From positions 7,835 through 71,834 of the forward strand of contig CAYWPL010000008.1 in NCBI GenBank assembly GCA_964460365.1: a DNA stretch of 64,000 nt, read 5' to 3'. Below are positions 47,297-55,731 of this stretch, one piece after another; the stretch's first letter is position 1, and the number at the start of each line of letters is the position of its first letter. The translations under genes and the position numbers were made by a program. Below the pieces are notes generated by a model. That model made no database searches and had not been told where the DNA came from. It was given only the letters and a program-made list of their open reading frames with translations. This DNA comes from an uncultured Candidatus Peribacteria bacterium (GTDB taxonomy: Bacteria; Patescibacteriota; Gracilibacteria; Peribacterales; Peribacteraceae).

Positions 47297-47686
47297 TCAC
47301 TTCAGGGTGACCTTGGCGCCGGCGGCCTCGAGGGTCTTCTTCATCTTCTCGGCGTCCTCCTTGGAGACGTTCTCCTTCACCATCTTCGGGGCACCGTCGA
47401 CCATCGCCTTGGCTTCGCCGAGGGCGAGACCGGTGATTTCGCGGACCGCCTTGATGACGGCGATTTTCTGTGCGCCGCTGTCGGTGAGCTCGACGTTGAA
47501 ACTCGTCTTCTCCTCGCCGGGGGCGGCTGCTGCTGCGGCCGGAGCGGCTGCGGCGGCGGGGGCTGCGGCGGAGATGCCATACGTGGTCTCCATGTACTTC
47601 ACGACGTTGTTGAGCTGGATGACGTTCAGCTTCTCAAGCGCCGAGATGACGGCCTGTTCCTCAGGCGTGAGGGTGATGTCTGCCAT
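47297..47686 (-). CDS. rplL: 50S ribosomal protein L7/L12
   Basis: 129 aa. An Ala-rich hinge ([18 protein letters not shown]) is followed by [25 protein letters not shown]...AGAKVTLK. Confidence 0.96.
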   Translation of the reverse strand: MADITLTPEEQAVISALEKLNVIQLNNVVKYMETTYGISAAAPAAAAAPAAAAAAPGEEKTSFNVELTDSGAQKIAVIKAVREITGLALGEAKAMVDGAPKMVKENVSKEDAEKMKKTLEAAGAKVTLK

Positions 47687-47728
47687 GATGGATAAGAGGG
47701 AAAAAGAAAAAGAAATGAATAACGAGTA

Positions 47729-48271
47729 TCAGGCGGCCTTTGCCGACACTCCGCCTTTCTTCCCGAGCTCCTGCATCGCGCGGGCGAATCCCGTGAGGGG
47801 GGCACTACACATGCTGGCGAACGAGACGAGGGGCGAGTTGATGATGCCAGCGAACATGCCGAGGAGGGCCTTGCGGCCGGGGATGGTGGCGAGAGTGAGG
47901 GCATCAGCCTTGGAGAGGAGCTTCTTCTCGAAGATGCCGCCGAGGAACGCGACCTGCTGATGCTCTTTGCTGAACTTGAAGGCGACCTGGGCTCCGGCGA
48001 TGGGATCCTCGAAGCTGAAGATGCAGGCGACGGGGCCCGTGAACTGCTTGTCCTCCAGCATCGGCAGCTTGTTCTGCTCGGCGGCGAGGCGCATGAGCGT
48101 CTTCTTGCCGACCTTCATCTCTGCGCCGGCGGCGCGGAGCTGTTTGCGCAGAGCGCTGACTTCCGAAACCTTCAGGCCGATATAGTTGGCGAAGATCACC
48201 GAGGAAGCGTTGCCGAACTGTTCTGTAAGCTCCGAGAGGAGCACTTTCTTCTGATCGCGGGAGACGGCCAT
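47729..48271 (-). CDS. rplJ: 50S ribosomal protein L10
   Basis: 180 aa. SVIFANYIGLKVSEVSALRKQLRAAGAEMKVGKKTLMRLA. It lies immediately upstream of rplL. Confidence 0.95.
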   Translation of the reverse strand: MAVSRDQKKVLLSELTEQFGNASSVIFANYIGLKVSEVSALRKQLRAAGAEMKVGKKTLMRLAAEQNKLPMLEDKQFTGPVACIFSFEDPIAGAQVAFKFSKEHQQVAFLGGIFEKKLLSKADALTLATIPGRKALLGMFAGIINSPLVSFASMCSAPLTGFARAMQELGKKGGVSAKAA

Positions 48272-48523
48272 GAGAGTGAGGGGGAGAGTGGCTGGGGCGG
48301 AGGACGCAACAACGCAAAGCCTCCCTGGTACACACGTAGAGGCTCTAGGAGCTTATTGTTGCTACGTCTGTCCGGGAGACCAGCGAGGAACACGGCACGA
48401 ATCACCAAGTCGGGACCGAGTGGCCGATGCTGTATTCCTCGGAGGGGCTTATGTCGGCCTGCGGCCTTGTGCCCTCGGTCTTCGGACGTGCGTATAGTGT
48501 ACTCACATCGAACGCGAAGTCAA
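48272..48523 (-). promoter_or_regulatory. rplJ promoter (TTGACT-16-TACACT at 48496-48523) plus a ~215-nt 5' leader (possible L10-leader autoregulatory RNA)
   Basis: The hexamers were read on the minus strand. The leader length and position match the L10 leader known in many bacteria, but I could not verify its kink-turn/rRNA-mimic structure by eye. Confidence 0.35.
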
Positions 48524-48585
48524 TACCCGTTTACACCGTCCTCAAGGAGTTTCGTGCCTGATCGCCAAGCCGCTATCCTGCCATC

Positions 48586-49029
48586 ATGCGTATTCTGCTC
48601 CAACGAGTTCAGGAGGCCTTCGTGACGGTGGAGGGGGAAGTCGTCGGCTCCATCGGCCGCGGCTACCTTCTTTTTGTCGGCATTCTGGACGGCGACACCG
48701 ATGAACAGGGCGTGTGGCTGGCGCAGAAGATCGCCAAATTGCGCCTGTTTGACGGCGCGGATGGCACGATCAACGCTCGCTCGCTTCAAGACATCGGCGG
48801 AGCGGCACTGGTCATTTCGCAGTTCACACTCGCGGGTCGGACCGATAAGGGCAATCGCCCGGACTACACTCAGGCCGCGCCGCCCACACACGCGAAGACC
48901 CTCTACGAGTCCTTTGTCGCGCATCTGCGAGAGCAGGGGGTCGGCAATGTCGACACCGGGCGCTTCGGGGAACACATGCAGGTCCAGCTCATCAATGACG
49001 GCCCGGTGACACTTCTGCTGGAGCGCTGA
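48586..49029 (+). CDS. dtd: D-aminoacyl-tRNA deacylase
   Basis: 147 aa. MRILLQRVQEAFVTVEG...GRGYLLFVGI...SQFTL...GNRP...F...M.V.L.NDGPVT. Confidence 0.93.
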   Translation: MRILLQRVQEAFVTVEGEVVGSIGRGYLLFVGILDGDTDEQGVWLAQKIAKLRLFDGADGTINARSLQDIGGAALVISQFTLAGRTDKGNRPDYTQAAPPTHAKTLYESFVAHLREQGVGNVDTGRFGEHMQVQLINDGPVTLLLER

Positions 49030-49109
49030 GCCGTCTTCGCCGGAAAGCCCGGAAATCGTGCTGCACCGGAGGGAGTCCGTGGTAGTCTGAGTGTTCTTTC
49101 TGCATTCGC

Positions 49110-51002
49110 ATGTCCGCCTGGACGTCAGCGATGGCACCGCTCCTCAAGACCCTCGGGTCCGACTCCTCGCGACTGAACGAGGATGAGCTGCGCAAGACCG
49201 TCGAATTCGCCGAGCGTCTGTACGGCGAGCGCACGCACTGGACCGGCGTCCCGTTGCTGGACCACACGATCGGCGTGCTCAGCGTGCTGCTGCCGTTCCA
49301 TCCGGATGAAGAAACCGTGCAGGCGTGCCTGTTGCAGCATGTCCTCAAGACCCGCAAGATCAGTCTCCCAGAGCTGGAAGAAGAGTTTGGTCCCGGGGTG
49401 CGGGGCATCGTCAGCAGCGTGCACTTGCTCTCGCATGTGACGATGCGCAACCGTAAGAGTTCCATCGAAGACCTCCGCCTGATGCTTCTGAGTGTTTCCG
49501 ATGATGTTCGCGTGCTGCTCATCATCCTCTGCGACCGATGCTACGTGCTCCAGCATCTCCAGGACGTGCCGCTTATGGAAGCGCGTCGCACGTGCCGCGA
49601 TGTTCTGGGTCTTTTTGCGCCCGTTGCCGCTCGGCTCGGCATCCACTCGCTCAAGCAACGGCTGGAGTCGCTGGCATTCCCTATCGTGCATGCCGGTGAA
49701 TCCGAGAAGATCAGTGAACAGCTCGGCAACCTCCAGGCGCGTCACGGCTCGTTCCTGGAAATTGCAGCGTCGTCGCTCGTGGAGGCGCTCCGTGAACAGG
49801 GGATCGCGGCCACGGTGCAGGGACGCGAGAAGCTGCCGTACAGCATTTTCATGAAGATGAAATCCAAGAGTATTTCACACATCGAGAGCCTGCCCGATCT
49901 CTACGCGCTCCGGGTGGTCGTGAACTCCGAGGAGGACTGTTACCGCGTGCTCGGTGTGTTGCACCGGCTCGGCCGTCCCGTCGCCAATCGCTTCAAGGAC
50001 TACATCGCCTTCCCCAAGCCGAACGGCTATCAGAGCCTGCACACCACGGTCGCGCGCCTGCCCGGCGTGCCGGACGGCGTGTTCATGGAGGTGCAGGTGC
50101 GCACGAGCGGCATGCACCGCGAAGCGGAATTCGGTATCGCCGCGCACTGGAGTTACAAAGAGGGCGGAGGCGCCCAGCGCATTCTCCAGCGCGTGCGCCT
50201 GCAGCAGGTGCTCACCACGCAGCAGGCTGTCGAAGGCGCCGAGGGAGTCGCGCCATCGCTGGTCGATCACATCTTCGTGCTCACGCCCAAGGGCGACATC
50301 GTGGAACTTCCGGAAGGCGCCACGCCGCTGGACTTCGCCTTCCAGATCCACACCGATCTCGGTCTGACCTTCCGTGCCGCGCGGGTGAACGGCAGCATCG
50401 TCTCGCTGGAGTACGAGCTGGAGAACGGCGACGTCGTGGAAATCCTCAGTCACCGCGTTCCCAAGCCTTCGCCGGAGTGGCTGCAACTGCTCAAAATGGC
50501 GTCGTCGCGCTCGCGCCTCCGCCGATATCTGCACTCCATCGATCGCACGGAGTATGTGAACCTCGGACGCGATCTGTTCAACGAGGAACTCCACAGGCGC
50601 CGCCTCGCTCCGCTGGATACAGATCTCTCGCTGCTGCGCCGGCGGCATGGCAAGTACCTGTCGTTTGAGGAACGCGAAGATCTGCTGATGAAAATCGGAC
50701 AGGGCGCCGACAAGGCCAGCGCGACGCTGATGCACCTGGATCTTGTCCGTGATCGTCCGCGTCTGCCGCCGAGCGTGCCGCGGAAGTCCGCGCGCGACGT
50801 GTGCCAGGACGTGCCGTTCGAGGCCGACGGCGGCGTGCCCCTGCCTCTGCGCATCGCCAAATGCTGCAGCCCGGAGAAGTCGCTGAAGCCGGAGATCGTC
50901 GGTGTCATCACGCGCGCGGGGTATGTCATGGTCCACCACCGCGACTGTCGGATGGTGCAGCATGGCAACCCGGAGCGTCGGATCGGTGTGCGGTGGCGCT
51001 GA
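49110..51002 (+). CDS. rel: RelA/SpoT-homologue (p)ppGpp synthetase with a degenerate hydrolase domain
   Basis: Synthetase motifs are intact (REKLPYSIFMKMKSK, DLYALRVVV, RFKDYIAFPKPNGYQSLHT, EVQVRTSGMHREAEFGIAAHWSYK). The TGS domain (IFVLTPKGDIVELPEGATPLDFAFQIH) and a Cys-rich zinc-finger-like segment (AKCCSP...HHRDC) are present. The HD motif is replaced (LLQHVL instead of LLHDxxED). The ORF ends before any ACT/RRM domain. Confidence 0.9.
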   Translation: MSAWTSAMAPLLKTLGSDSSRLNEDELRKTVEFAERLYGERTHWTGVPLLDHTIGVLSVLLPFHPDEETVQACLLQHVLKTRKISLPELEEEFGPGVRGIVSSVHLLSHVTMRNRKSSIEDLRLMLLSVSDDVRVLLIILCDRCYVLQHLQDVPLMEARRTCRDVLGLFAPVAARLGIHSLKQRLESLAFPIVHAGESEKISEQLGNLQARHGSFLEIAASSLVEALREQGIAATVQGREKLPYSIFMKMKSKSISHIESLPDLYALRVVVNSEEDCYRVLGVLHRLGRPVANRFKDYIAFPKPNGYQSLHTTVARLPGVPDGVFMEVQVRTSGMHREAEFGIAAHWSYKEGGGAQRILQRVRLQQVLTTQQAVEGAEGVAPSLVDHIFVLTPKGDIVELPEGATPLDFAFQIHTDLGLTFRAARVNGSIVSLEYELENGDVVEILSHRVPKPSPEWLQLLKMASSRSRLRRYLHSIDRTEYVNLGRDLFNEELHRRRLAPLDTDLSLLRRRHGKYLSFEEREDLLMKIGQGADKASATLMHLDLVRDRPRLPPSVPRKSARDVCQDVPFEADGGVPLPLRIAKCCSPEKSLKPEIVGVITRAGYVMVHHRDCRMVQHGNPERRIGVRWR

Positions 51003-51035
51003 TGGTACCGTCGAAGGCGGGAAGGCGCAGGATGC

Positions 51036-52319
51036 TCAGGCGACCTCCAGGAGCTGGTGGAGGAGCTTGTCGACGCGCTTGCGCCACTTCATTTCTTCGT
51101 ACCCTTCGCCGCCTTCGCCGAAGTGCCTGGCGGCTTCGACGCGGTGTTCCTCAGTCACGGAGTCCAGGGCCTCGGCCGTGATGGACTTCAACTCCTCCGG
51201 AGTCAGCTCGATCTTGCGGTCTTCCAGCAACTGCTGGACGCCGAAGCGCAGCGTGACGCGCTTGGTTGCTTCTTCCTTCAGTTCCTTTTGCAAGCTTTCC
51301 ATGGTTCGCTTGGAGCGCTTGAGCCACTCGCCGACATCAAGCTTCTGCGCTTCCAGCTGCTGGCGCAGTTCCTCCAGTAAGCCGCGCTGTTCCTGTTCCA
51401 CGAGCTCGGGCGCCAGGTCGACCTTGGTCGCCTTGCCGATGGCATCGAAGGCAGCCTGTTCGCGGCGCTGGCGGTCGGCGCGCTCTTCTTCGTCGCGCAT
51501 CGAATCCGCGATCCGCTTGCGCAGGTCCTCGGGCGAGTCGCCCAGCTGTTTCTCCTTCACGAAATCCGCTGTGAGATCGGGCAGCTTCACCTCCTCGATT
51601 CCCGTCACGTCCACGGAGAACGTCACCGGCTTTCCGCGCAGATGCTCGGCGTGGTATGTCTCGGGGAAGATAAGATCGAACTTCTTCGCGTCGCCTTTCT
51701 TGAGGCCCGTCAGGTTATCCTCGAAGCCGGGGAGCAGCGTCTTGCTGCCGAGCACCACCTGGTAGTTGGTCGAGCGCGTGCCCATGATCTCCTTCTGGTC
51801 CTTGTCGTGTCCAACGAAGTTCATGGTGACCTGGTCGCCCTCGCGCGCCTCGCGTTCCACGGGCGTCACCGTGCGGTACTGCTGGAGCAGGTACTGCACC
51901 ATGCGCTCCACGTCTTTCTCGTCGAATTTCGGCTCGGTCTTCTTGAGCGACTTCGTGTCGATGTGGCCCATCTTCACCTCGGGCTTCTCCACCAGCGTGA
52001 TCGTCAGGCTGAGCGGCGCGAGTGTCAGGATATCGACGCGCGGCGGCAGGATCGGCTTCACCGTGCCGTCCTTGAGCAGCTGGTTCAGCACGGCCGGCAG
52101 CAGCGACCGGACCGTCTCATCGGTAAGCTGGTCGGGGCTGACGCGCCTGCGCAGCATGTCGGCCGGCGCCTTTCCCTGACGGAAACCCGGTACGGTCACC
52201 TCGGCACCGAGCTTCTGCAACGCGGCGGATTCGGCGGCGAGCGACTCGTCGGCCGTGAAGGTCACGGTGCACTGCGTGCGGGACCGGGGGAGCTTTTTGA
52301 GAGGGGAAACGGTCGGCAT
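51036..52319 (-). CDS. tig: Trigger factor
   Basis: 427 aa. It has an N-terminal ribosome-binding-domain layout (FRQGKAPADMLRRR), a central FKBP-like region (GDQVTMNFVG...LPGFEDNLTGLKKGD) and an acidic helical C-terminal domain. Confidence 0.9.
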   Translation of the reverse strand: MPTVSPLKKLPRSRTQCTVTFTADESLAAESAALQKLGAEVTVPGFRQGKAPADMLRRRVSPDQLTDETVRSLLPAVLNQLLKDGTVKPILPPRVDILTLAPLSLTITLVEKPEVKMGHIDTKSLKKTEPKFDEKDVERMVQYLLQQYRTVTPVEREAREGDQVTMNFVGHDKDQKEIMGTRSTNYQVVLGSKTLLPGFEDNLTGLKKGDAKKFDLIFPETYHAEHLRGKPVTFSVDVTGIEEVKLPDLTADFVKEKQLGDSPEDLRKRIADSMRDEEERADRQRREQAAFDAIGKATKVDLAPELVEQEQRGLLEELRQQLEAQKLDVGEWLKRSKRTMESLQKELKEEATKRVTLRFGVQQLLEDRKIELTPEELKSITAEALDSVTEEHRVEAARHFGEGGEGYEEMKWRKRVDKLLHQLLEVA

Positions 52320-52384
52320 GAGCGGGTACGGGGAAATTCAGCGACGAAACGGACAATAGCAAAAAACGATCCGATGATCCTCTC

Positions 52385-53290
52385 TCATGGCCGCTTGCGC
52401 CAGAGGACCAGCAGCGGTGCCGCGATGAAGTACGAGGAGTACGCGCCGATGATTGTGCCCACGATGAGCGCCAGCACGAACCAGCGGATGCTTTCGGAGC
52501 CCAAAAAGAAGATGGAGAAGAGCATGATCAGGGCCGCGGCGGCGGTGTTGAACGTGCGAGTGACGCACTCGCGCAGCGCCTTGCCGACCGTCACACCCAG
52601 GTCCTCGGAGCGGTTCTCCTGGGTCATGGTGGCGCGGATGCGGTCGAAGATGACGATGGTGTCGTTGGCGGAGTACGCGAGGATCGTCAGCAGAGCGGTG
52701 ACGAAGAGGGGATCGAACTCGAACGTCGTGAACCAGCCGATGATGATGAAGAGGCCGGTCGTGATGATGACGTCATGGATGAACGCGATGACCGCCAGCA
52801 CGCCGAATTTCCACGGGCTCAGGCGCTTGGGCATCTTGCGGAACGCAAAAGCCAGATAGAGGATGATGGCGCAGGACGCGATCAGCAGGGCCATCAGCGC
52901 CTTCTGCTTGAGGCTGGCGCTGAGGCTCGGACCGATGGTGGTGTACTGGAGTTCCTTCGTACCGGTGAAGGTCTCTCCGATATCCCCGAGAAGCGTGACG
53001 TGCTCTTCATTGGAGAGCACCCGCATGCGGATAAGGAACGAGTGACCGTTCTGGCCGGTGATGGACGAGATTGTGTAGTTGCCGAGCGGCGGGTGCGTCT
53101 TCTCAAACTCGATGAACACGGCCTTGAGCTCCTCTTTGGTCTTGGCCTCGGGCAGGCGCACTTCCATCAGCGTGCCGCCGGTGAACTCGATACTGAACCG
53201 CGGGCCCGGATAGATGATCAGGGCGATCGAGGCGATCACGAGGACAGCCGAAAGGCCGAGCAGGTACTTGGAAGTCTTGATAAAACTCAT
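52385..53290 (-). CDS. secF: Protein-export membrane protein SecF
   Basis: 301 aa. FSIEFTGGTLMEVRL, then six TM segments with HDVIITTGLF and AYSANDTIVIFDRIR. Confidence 0.93.
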   Translation of the reverse strand: MSFIKTSKYLLGLSAVLVIASIALIIYPGPRFSIEFTGGTLMEVRLPEAKTKEELKAVFIEFEKTHPPLGNYTISSITGQNGHSFLIRMRVLSNEEHVTLLGDIGETFTGTKELQYTTIGPSLSASLKQKALMALLIASCAIILYLAFAFRKMPKRLSPWKFGVLAVIAFIHDVIITTGLFIIIGWFTTFEFDPLFVTALLTILAYSANDTIVIFDRIRATMTQENRSEDLGVTVGKALRECVTRTFNTAAAALIMLFSIFFLGSESIRWFVLALIVGTIIGAYSSYFIAAPLLVLWRKRP

Positions 53291-53335
53291 CGGACGTCAG
53301 GGTAGCGGCTTTGACGGAACGAGGCAAACCGGGTT

Positions 53336-54730
53336 TTACCGTCCTTCAAGCCCGCCGGACGCCGTCTGCGAGCCGTTGCCGTTCAGGGGCTTCAAGGTCA
53401 GTGCCAGCACGTTTTCGGTCGCTTCCGCCGTCCAGATCCACGATCCGTCATGTCCGTCCATCGCCAGTGCGGCGGGCGACCGGCTTCCCTCCGGCAGGAC
53501 CGACCGCAGCAGCGAGGCGTCGATCACGCCGGCGCCCTGTGCTCCGCGCAGCAGCGTGCGCGGGGCGGAGGTTTCGGGCACCGGATCTCCCGACGTGAGC
53601 GCGTCGAACCACGCGACATCATTGCTGAGCAGCAGCTTGCCGTTGCCGAGCGCCGAGAGCAGGCGCGGAGTTCCGCCCCCGTCGCGCGTGATGCGCACGG
53701 TCCAGCCTGGACGCTTCTCGTCTTCGGTGCGGGCGGCGTCCTGTTCGTGGCGGAGGATGCGCGCGTTATGGCCGCCCTCGAACTCACGTTCCAGTACCGA
53801 GACAGATCCGAGATCGCGGCTGAGGCTCTCATGCAGGAACGCGAGACGCTGGCCCGCGTCGGAGCCCGGGCTGCGTGCTTCCAGTAAGAAGGAAGGGGTG
53901 CCGTCGCTTGTGCGCAGATGCACAACGCCGGGCGTTGCAAGCAGAGGAAGCACGTCATGTGCGAGACTCACGTTGTCGCCGAACGCATCGGCGGCGCGCT
54001 GGCCCAGGATGCCTTCGGCGATGCGGCGGCGGTCATCGGGCAGATGCGCGAGCAGTTCGATCAGCGTGGCCGACGGTTCGGCGAGAGAGATGCTCAGGAC
54101 CGGGACGGGGGAGAGGACATGCACGCTCGTCTCCGCGGAGGCGCGGGGCACGTCGCGGGATTCGTTGTAGCGCAGGCGCAGGGAGCGCCCGCCGTCCAGA
54201 GACTCGGTGATGAGCGCGTGCGTCGCCTCGCCCGGACGCAGCGCTCCGAGCAGGCGTGTCATGCCGTCATCGTCGCCCGCGCGCATCCAGCGCAGCGCCA
54301 GGTAGACGCGCGTGTCGTCATCCGCGATGTTCTGCGTGAGGGCGGCGTGCGTGGCGGAACCGAGCAGCGACTGCGCGTCTTTGCGGTTGAGGAGCAGCGA
54401 GGTCTCCGGCGCGGACGCCTTGAACGAGTCGACGCCGTTATCCATCACCCACGATATCTTCTGATCGGCACCCATCAGCAGCGCCAGATCGAATCGGCCG
54501 GGGAATGGCACCTCCTTGAGTACCGGAAACCAGTCGGCGTACGGCAACAGATCCTGCTGCGTGGCGTGCGCCCAGTACGCGATCGTGTCGTTCTCCGGCA
54601 GTTGCGAGAGCAACGTTGCGCGCTGATATCGGAGCATCAGGAACGGCACAGCCACGCCCGTGACGACGATCGCCGCGCCGAGCAGACCCAACAGAAGACG
54701 ACGGTGCAGGAGCGAGAGATGGATGTTCAT
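53336..54730 (-). CDS. Hypothetical single-pass membrane protein with a ~430-aa extracytoplasmic domain
   Basis: ATG at 54730 (MNIHLSLLHRRLLLGLLGAAIVVTGVAVPFLML). There are no further hydrophobic segments and no recognised motif. It occupies the position where secD is usually found. Confidence 0.72.
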   Translation of the reverse strand: MNIHLSLLHRRLLLGLLGAAIVVTGVAVPFLMLRYQRATLLSQLPENDTIAYWAHATQQDLLPYADWFPVLKEVPFPGRFDLALLMGADQKISWVMDNGVDSFKASAPETSLLLNRKDAQSLLGSATHAALTQNIADDDTRVYLALRWMRAGDDDGMTRLLGALRPGEATHALITESLDGGRSLRLRYNESRDVPRASAETSVHVLSPVPVLSISLAEPSATLIELLAHLPDDRRRIAEGILGQRAADAFGDNVSLAHDVLPLLATPGVVHLRTSDGTPSFLLEARSPGSDAGQRLAFLHESLSRDLGSVSVLEREFEGGHNARILRHEQDAARTEDEKRPGWTVRITRDGGGTPRLLSALGNGKLLLSNDVAWFDALTSGDPVPETSAPRTLLRGAQGAGVIDASLLRSVLPEGSRSPAALAMDGHDGSWIWTAEATENVLALTLKPLNGNGSQTASGGLEGR

Positions 54731-54738
54731 GCGGGCGC

Positions 54739-54767
54739 ATTGTAGGAAAGTGCGGCGCAAATGCCTA
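54739..54767 (-). promoter_or_regulatory. Candidate promoter TAGGCA-17-TACAAT, 8 nt before ATG 54730 (leaderless geometry)
   Basis: Minus strand: TAGGCA (54762-54767) and TACAAT (54739-54744). Confidence 0.4.
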
Positions 54768-55450
54768 TCGTGTTTTTGCGCATTCGCCGTGCATCAACGA
54801 TCCCGGGGGGCTACAGGGTCGCGGGGGGCCGGAGACCAGCCCGCTTGCCTCGGCATCACGCCGAAAATGGACGCTCGGAACCCATCAGTTGAGACACCGA
54901 GTTTTCCTCTTCATCTACAGGAAAAATAGGAATTCAGCGTTGTATCACAAATGTATTCATACAACAATTACTAAAACAGAACAGGGGTACTTGTTGTCAG
55001 GTGATGCTTTGGTGAGTACGATATCCCGATTTGCATCACGCAAATCAATCGGGACCACACACACAAACAGGAAGACACACAGTCAGGTCACCCCGGGGTA
55101 GACAGACACACCGCTCATTCACATCACCGCAGGATACAAAGAGGAATCGCAGATAGGAGAGCAGGCATGCGCGTTTGAACGTGCTTCCTCTCCTCTCTGC
55201 TCTGCGATGCCGCGCTATGGATGTGAGGCTGCGCTAGTGGCGTGCACCCCCTTCCTCCCCAGTGTCTCCCCAGAGCCTTTGCGCACTGCGTGGCAGACCG
55301 GTACGGGGACTTCGTCGGGTTACGAGGAGAAACAAGAAACCCCAGCAAGGCAGAGAAACGAGGGCTCCTCCCCTCAGTCATCCTCCACACAAACGGCTCA
55401 ACGGTTGTCCCTCACTGAAACACCGTCGATAGCCGCGGAGGCAGACACAA

Positions 55451-55483
55451 AAACAAAAAGGACCAGCTCGTCTGGTCTTTTTT
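55451..55483. terminator. Bidirectional intrinsic terminator
   Basis: AAACAAAAAG-GACCAG-ctcgt-CTGGTC-TTTTTT. There are T-runs on both strands. It lies 40 nt downstream of the CPXCG gene stop on the minus strand. Confidence 0.75.
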
Positions 55484-55522
55484 GCAGATGGTTCAGATTG
55501 CGTCTGACCGCTGTCCGATGCC

Positions 55523-55705
55523 TCAGGCCGGATCCACCTGAAACGCCGTCAGATCGCCCTCCTCGGCCCGCAGCGTCAGCGCCATCGGACGACAGCACAC
55601 CTCGCAGTCCTCGATGTAGTTCTGCTCGCCGTCCTTGCTCACATCGAGTAACACCGACACCTCGGCGGCACAGTGGGGACAGGGAAAGAAATGTTCGAGT
55701 TCCAT
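55523..55705 (-). CDS. CPXCG-motif cysteine-rich small protein
   Basis: 60 aa from ATG 55705. MELEHFFPCPHCAAEVSVLLDVSKDGEQNYIEDCEVCCRPMAL. Confidence 0.8.
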   Translation of the reverse strand: MELEHFFPCPHCAAEVSVLLDVSKDGEQNYIEDCEVCCRPMALTLRAEEGDLTAFQVDPA

Positions 55706-55731
55706 GGGAGGGGAGTATACGGCATAGGTCG

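Noticed and set aside
54741-54997. RNase P RNA-like strings: GGAAAGTGCGG near 54745 and ACAGAACAGGGGTACTT near 54977, which could form a P4-like pairing.
   Set aside because: The other universally conserved regions (the GGUAAGAGCGCACC-type CR-II/III) are absent. The spacing is too short. The 5' element overlaps the promoter and start of gene 53336-54730. This is probably coincidence.
54768-55483. tmRNA, SRP RNA or 6S RNA in the long gap.
   Set aside because: There is no tRNA-like 3' end (no GGTTCGA...CCACCA). There is no tag-peptide reading frame ending in a stop. There is no GGAAGCAGC SRP domain-IV motif. 6S RNA cannot be judged by eye. The region is kept only as an unclassified candidate.
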